The notes below the pieces were generated by a model that saw nothing but the letters and a program-made list of their open reading frames with translations, did not search any database and was not told where the DNA came from. Shown here piece by piece: positions 61,267-64,000 of a stretch of 64,000 nucleotides of DNA. The position numbers and the translations under genes were made by a program. Numbering within the stretch: position 1 is the first letter of the stretch; every line of letters starts with the position of its first letter. Origin of the DNA: Octopus sinensis (Eukaryota); contig NC_043009.1 of assembly GCF_006345805.1 (NCBI RefSeq), positions 27,094,001-27,158,000 on the forward strand, given 5' to 3'.

Positions 61267-61824
61267 GCCCTGATGCAGTACCAGGCAGTGACTCTCATGG
61301 CTTCTGATCTTAACTGATTGGAAGTGTTATCATGTACATTGTTTTGTCTTGGTATAAAAGATGGGCTACAGCAAATATTCTGCTTAATACCACAGATTTG
61401 CTTGTCAGTTGTTTGACCTTAACCAGTTGAGCATGTCCCTTAGTGGCTGACGATATGTGCATCTCTGATCATGAGCAGAAGTAGCGGGGGAGCATCATAG
61501 CCATGTGCTGAGAGGGATTCTTTGGGGTTTGAATAATTCCCCTCTGGAAACATGGGTGGTTCTTTCAACATCCTTAAACAACCCTTATTCAGGGACCTTT
61601 TGAGCGGGATGGGCTACTTAACCTGAAGAAAATTCATTCTAACTGGGCCCCACCTGCAAGGTCATGTGCTGTTTAACTTGATATGAGATCACCATGTCGC
61701 GCACATATGGTTGTGATGCATGTGCCTGGTGTACCCTTATCAGACGGGTAGTCATGATGGGTATACTGGGCTTCGTATATTTTACCCCAGTGTCACTTTG
61801 ATGGCATGCACTGCTCTCTCACTC
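60675..61824 (+). repeat. Two head-to-tail copies (~60675-61220 and ~61264-61824) of a ~550-bp non-coding element, each ending in (AAT)n
   Basis: Direct alignment gcagtaccaggcagtg...ctgctctctcactc(aat)n; no long ORF. Confidence 0.9.
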
Positions 61825-62688
61825 AATAATAATAATAAAAATGATAATAATTTCTAAATGCAGTAGCGAATGACTGTTTATTGATTCAATACTACAGTAC
61901 TTCAGTTTATTACTTCCTTGTCGTCCCGAAGTCAAAATTTTTCTCTTGTCAAATTTCCGGTGTTACTGAGGTGTATGTTTAGTTTTTAGCTTGACCATCA
62001 TTTTTCTTTTTATTAACAAAAAAAGAGAGAAGGAAAGAAAATAGTGACGGTACGATTGATTGAGCCAACGTTTCCTTCATTTTAATGGTGGTGGTGCCGT
62101 TTTGAAAATAATTTCAGGACAATTATTTTCAGATATTTGTGGTTCACTTAAGGGATGTCATTTTGTCTAATTATGTCGTTTTGATACTTTAATTACTGAT
62201 TCATATTATCACAAGAAGAAAAACACAGAGCTGATAATTAAAATCATCGGGTGAAAAGTAAAGCGAGCGAGAGTAGTTATTTCCTCTGCATTCCTTTAAT
62301 ATATAGGTGGTAAGACATATACTATAAAGTAGAGAAGTACGAAGACCGCGATATCTTATCACCGGTATACTTCACTTATGGGACACCGTAGGGAAGTGTG
62401 AAGGCCGCTACATCTCATCACCGGTATTGTGCGGTCCAAGGTGAAAGAGAGTTTATACTTCAATTATGGGACGCCGTAGAACAAAATGTAAGAAACAGGA
62501 TTAAGAGTGGCTGTGTGGTAAGAAGCTTGCTTCCTAACCACGTGGTTCCAGGTTCATCCCCACGGCGTGGCCCCTTGAGCAAGTGTCTTCTACTATAGGT
62601 TCGGGTCGACCAAAGCCTTGTGAGTGGATTTGGTAGACAGGAACTGAAAGAAGCCCGTTGTATACACACACATACACGCACGCACAGG

Positions 62689-62720
<32 letters not shown>

Positions 62721-63855
62721 TTTATGTATGTGTGTTTGTGTTTGTCCCCCTGCCATCGTTTAATAACCGATGCTAGTGTGTTTATGATAACTCCGCCCCC
62801 GCCGTAACTTAGTGGTTCGGTAAAAGACATTGATAAAATAAGGACTAAGCTTACAAAGAATAGCTGGGTCTGACACACGGTTTCGTTTCTTTTACGAATC
62901 CGGCCTGCTGCTTTTGTAATGTTAATAGTAAATAATTAATTAAGTTTGCATATTATAATTCTGATCTATCAAAGGTTGTGAGTTTTTGACTAACTTTGTC
63001 GTGCATCACTGAATACTGATTTCACCTGAGCTGTCTGATGCATTCACAGTTACAGCTGTTAACACTAACCTACATAACATGCATAACCTGTTATATACAA
63101 GGCCATGCAGCTATTCAATTGATTTCACCTTCAACAAACTTATCGACGGACTGAATAAATCCTCAGCCAGCAGTTTGCACTTTTATTTCAGTTGAATGAT
63201 TACGATAAACAAAACATTTTGTGCGATGCTGATAGAGGTTGTTGCGAGTAGGCAAGTGGGAGAAACAGCAGGGAAAAAAGAAAAGAAAAGAAAAATACCC
63301 TATAAATATCATTATTCTGTGACCCGGATGAAAACATTCATATGGTTTATTACAAAGTAGAATAGAACAAATCGGTAAATATAATGACTTTGTTTCTGTA
63401 GAAATTCCTTTTTAAAAAACAAATATTAATGGCTTTAATGACAACGTGTCTTTGTAAACACGTTAACGTCTAACGTTACGTTTGTCTTTTCACATATATT
63501 TGCATACACACCTATACATGAGCGTACACTAACACGAACATACAGTTACTTAAAAGTGTGAGTGGAAGCGTGTACAGGAGAAGAAATACTCAACAACGAA
63601 ATTTAGGTGTTTGGAATAATTATCTTAAATGAAAGCAAGTGTAAACAAAAATGTTTACAGTTTACATATATGAAATTATTGTTCGTATTGTCAATGCCAC
63701 GATCACTATACTGTATTCATTTGACGGTGTTATGTACACTAGTTATTTATTTATACTTTGCTGGTTTACAAAACGTGGAAATTATTTAATATCGTTTGAT
63801 GTTATGGGATCATTAACAGTGTATTGTTATTATTTATGTTTTCAGTAATATTCTG

Positions 63856-64000
63856 CGAGCTGGCAGAAACGTTAGCACGCCGGGCGAAATGCTTAGCGAT
63901 ATTCCGTCTGTCTTTTCGTTCGGAGTTCAACTTCCGCCAAGGTCGACTTTGCCTTTCATCCTTTCAAGGTCGATAAATTAAGTACCAGTTGCATACTGAG
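63856..64000 (+). mobile_element. OK-like SINE truncated by the window end
   Basis: gcgagctggcagaaacgttagcacgccgggcgaaatgcttagcg... Confidence 0.8.

Overview
AT-rich, microsatellite- and SINE-dense eukaryotic DNA. The repeat content looks like an Octopus genome (inference). The window holds a tandem cluster of three minus-strand SLC22-family (MFS organic ion) transporter genes, reconstructed by hand from splice sites and phases. Gene A is partial (exons 1-5, ATG at 10037, running off the left edge). Gene B has 9 coding exons (29508-19588, 624 aa) and gene C has 9 coding exons (49887-40411, 553 aa). Each starts with a 52-bp coding exon that the ORF track misses. B and C lie in a recent ~20-kb tandem duplication whose junction is a chimera of two older paralogous upstream regions, about 350-400 bp upstream of the gene B ATG. 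Gene B lacks the stop used by C and reads 71 codons into microsatellite-rich, inverted-repeat DNA. A versus B/C divergence is concentrated in predicted cavity-lining helices. The rest is transposon-derived: CR1-like, R4/Dong-like, Penelope-like and mariner elements, MITEs and tRNA-derived SINEs. There is also a 5S rRNA-like pseudogene, several fold-back palindromes next to (TA)n tracts, and many microsatellites. All counts are manual. B and C could instead be two haplotypes falsely assembled in tandem, which needs read-level checking.
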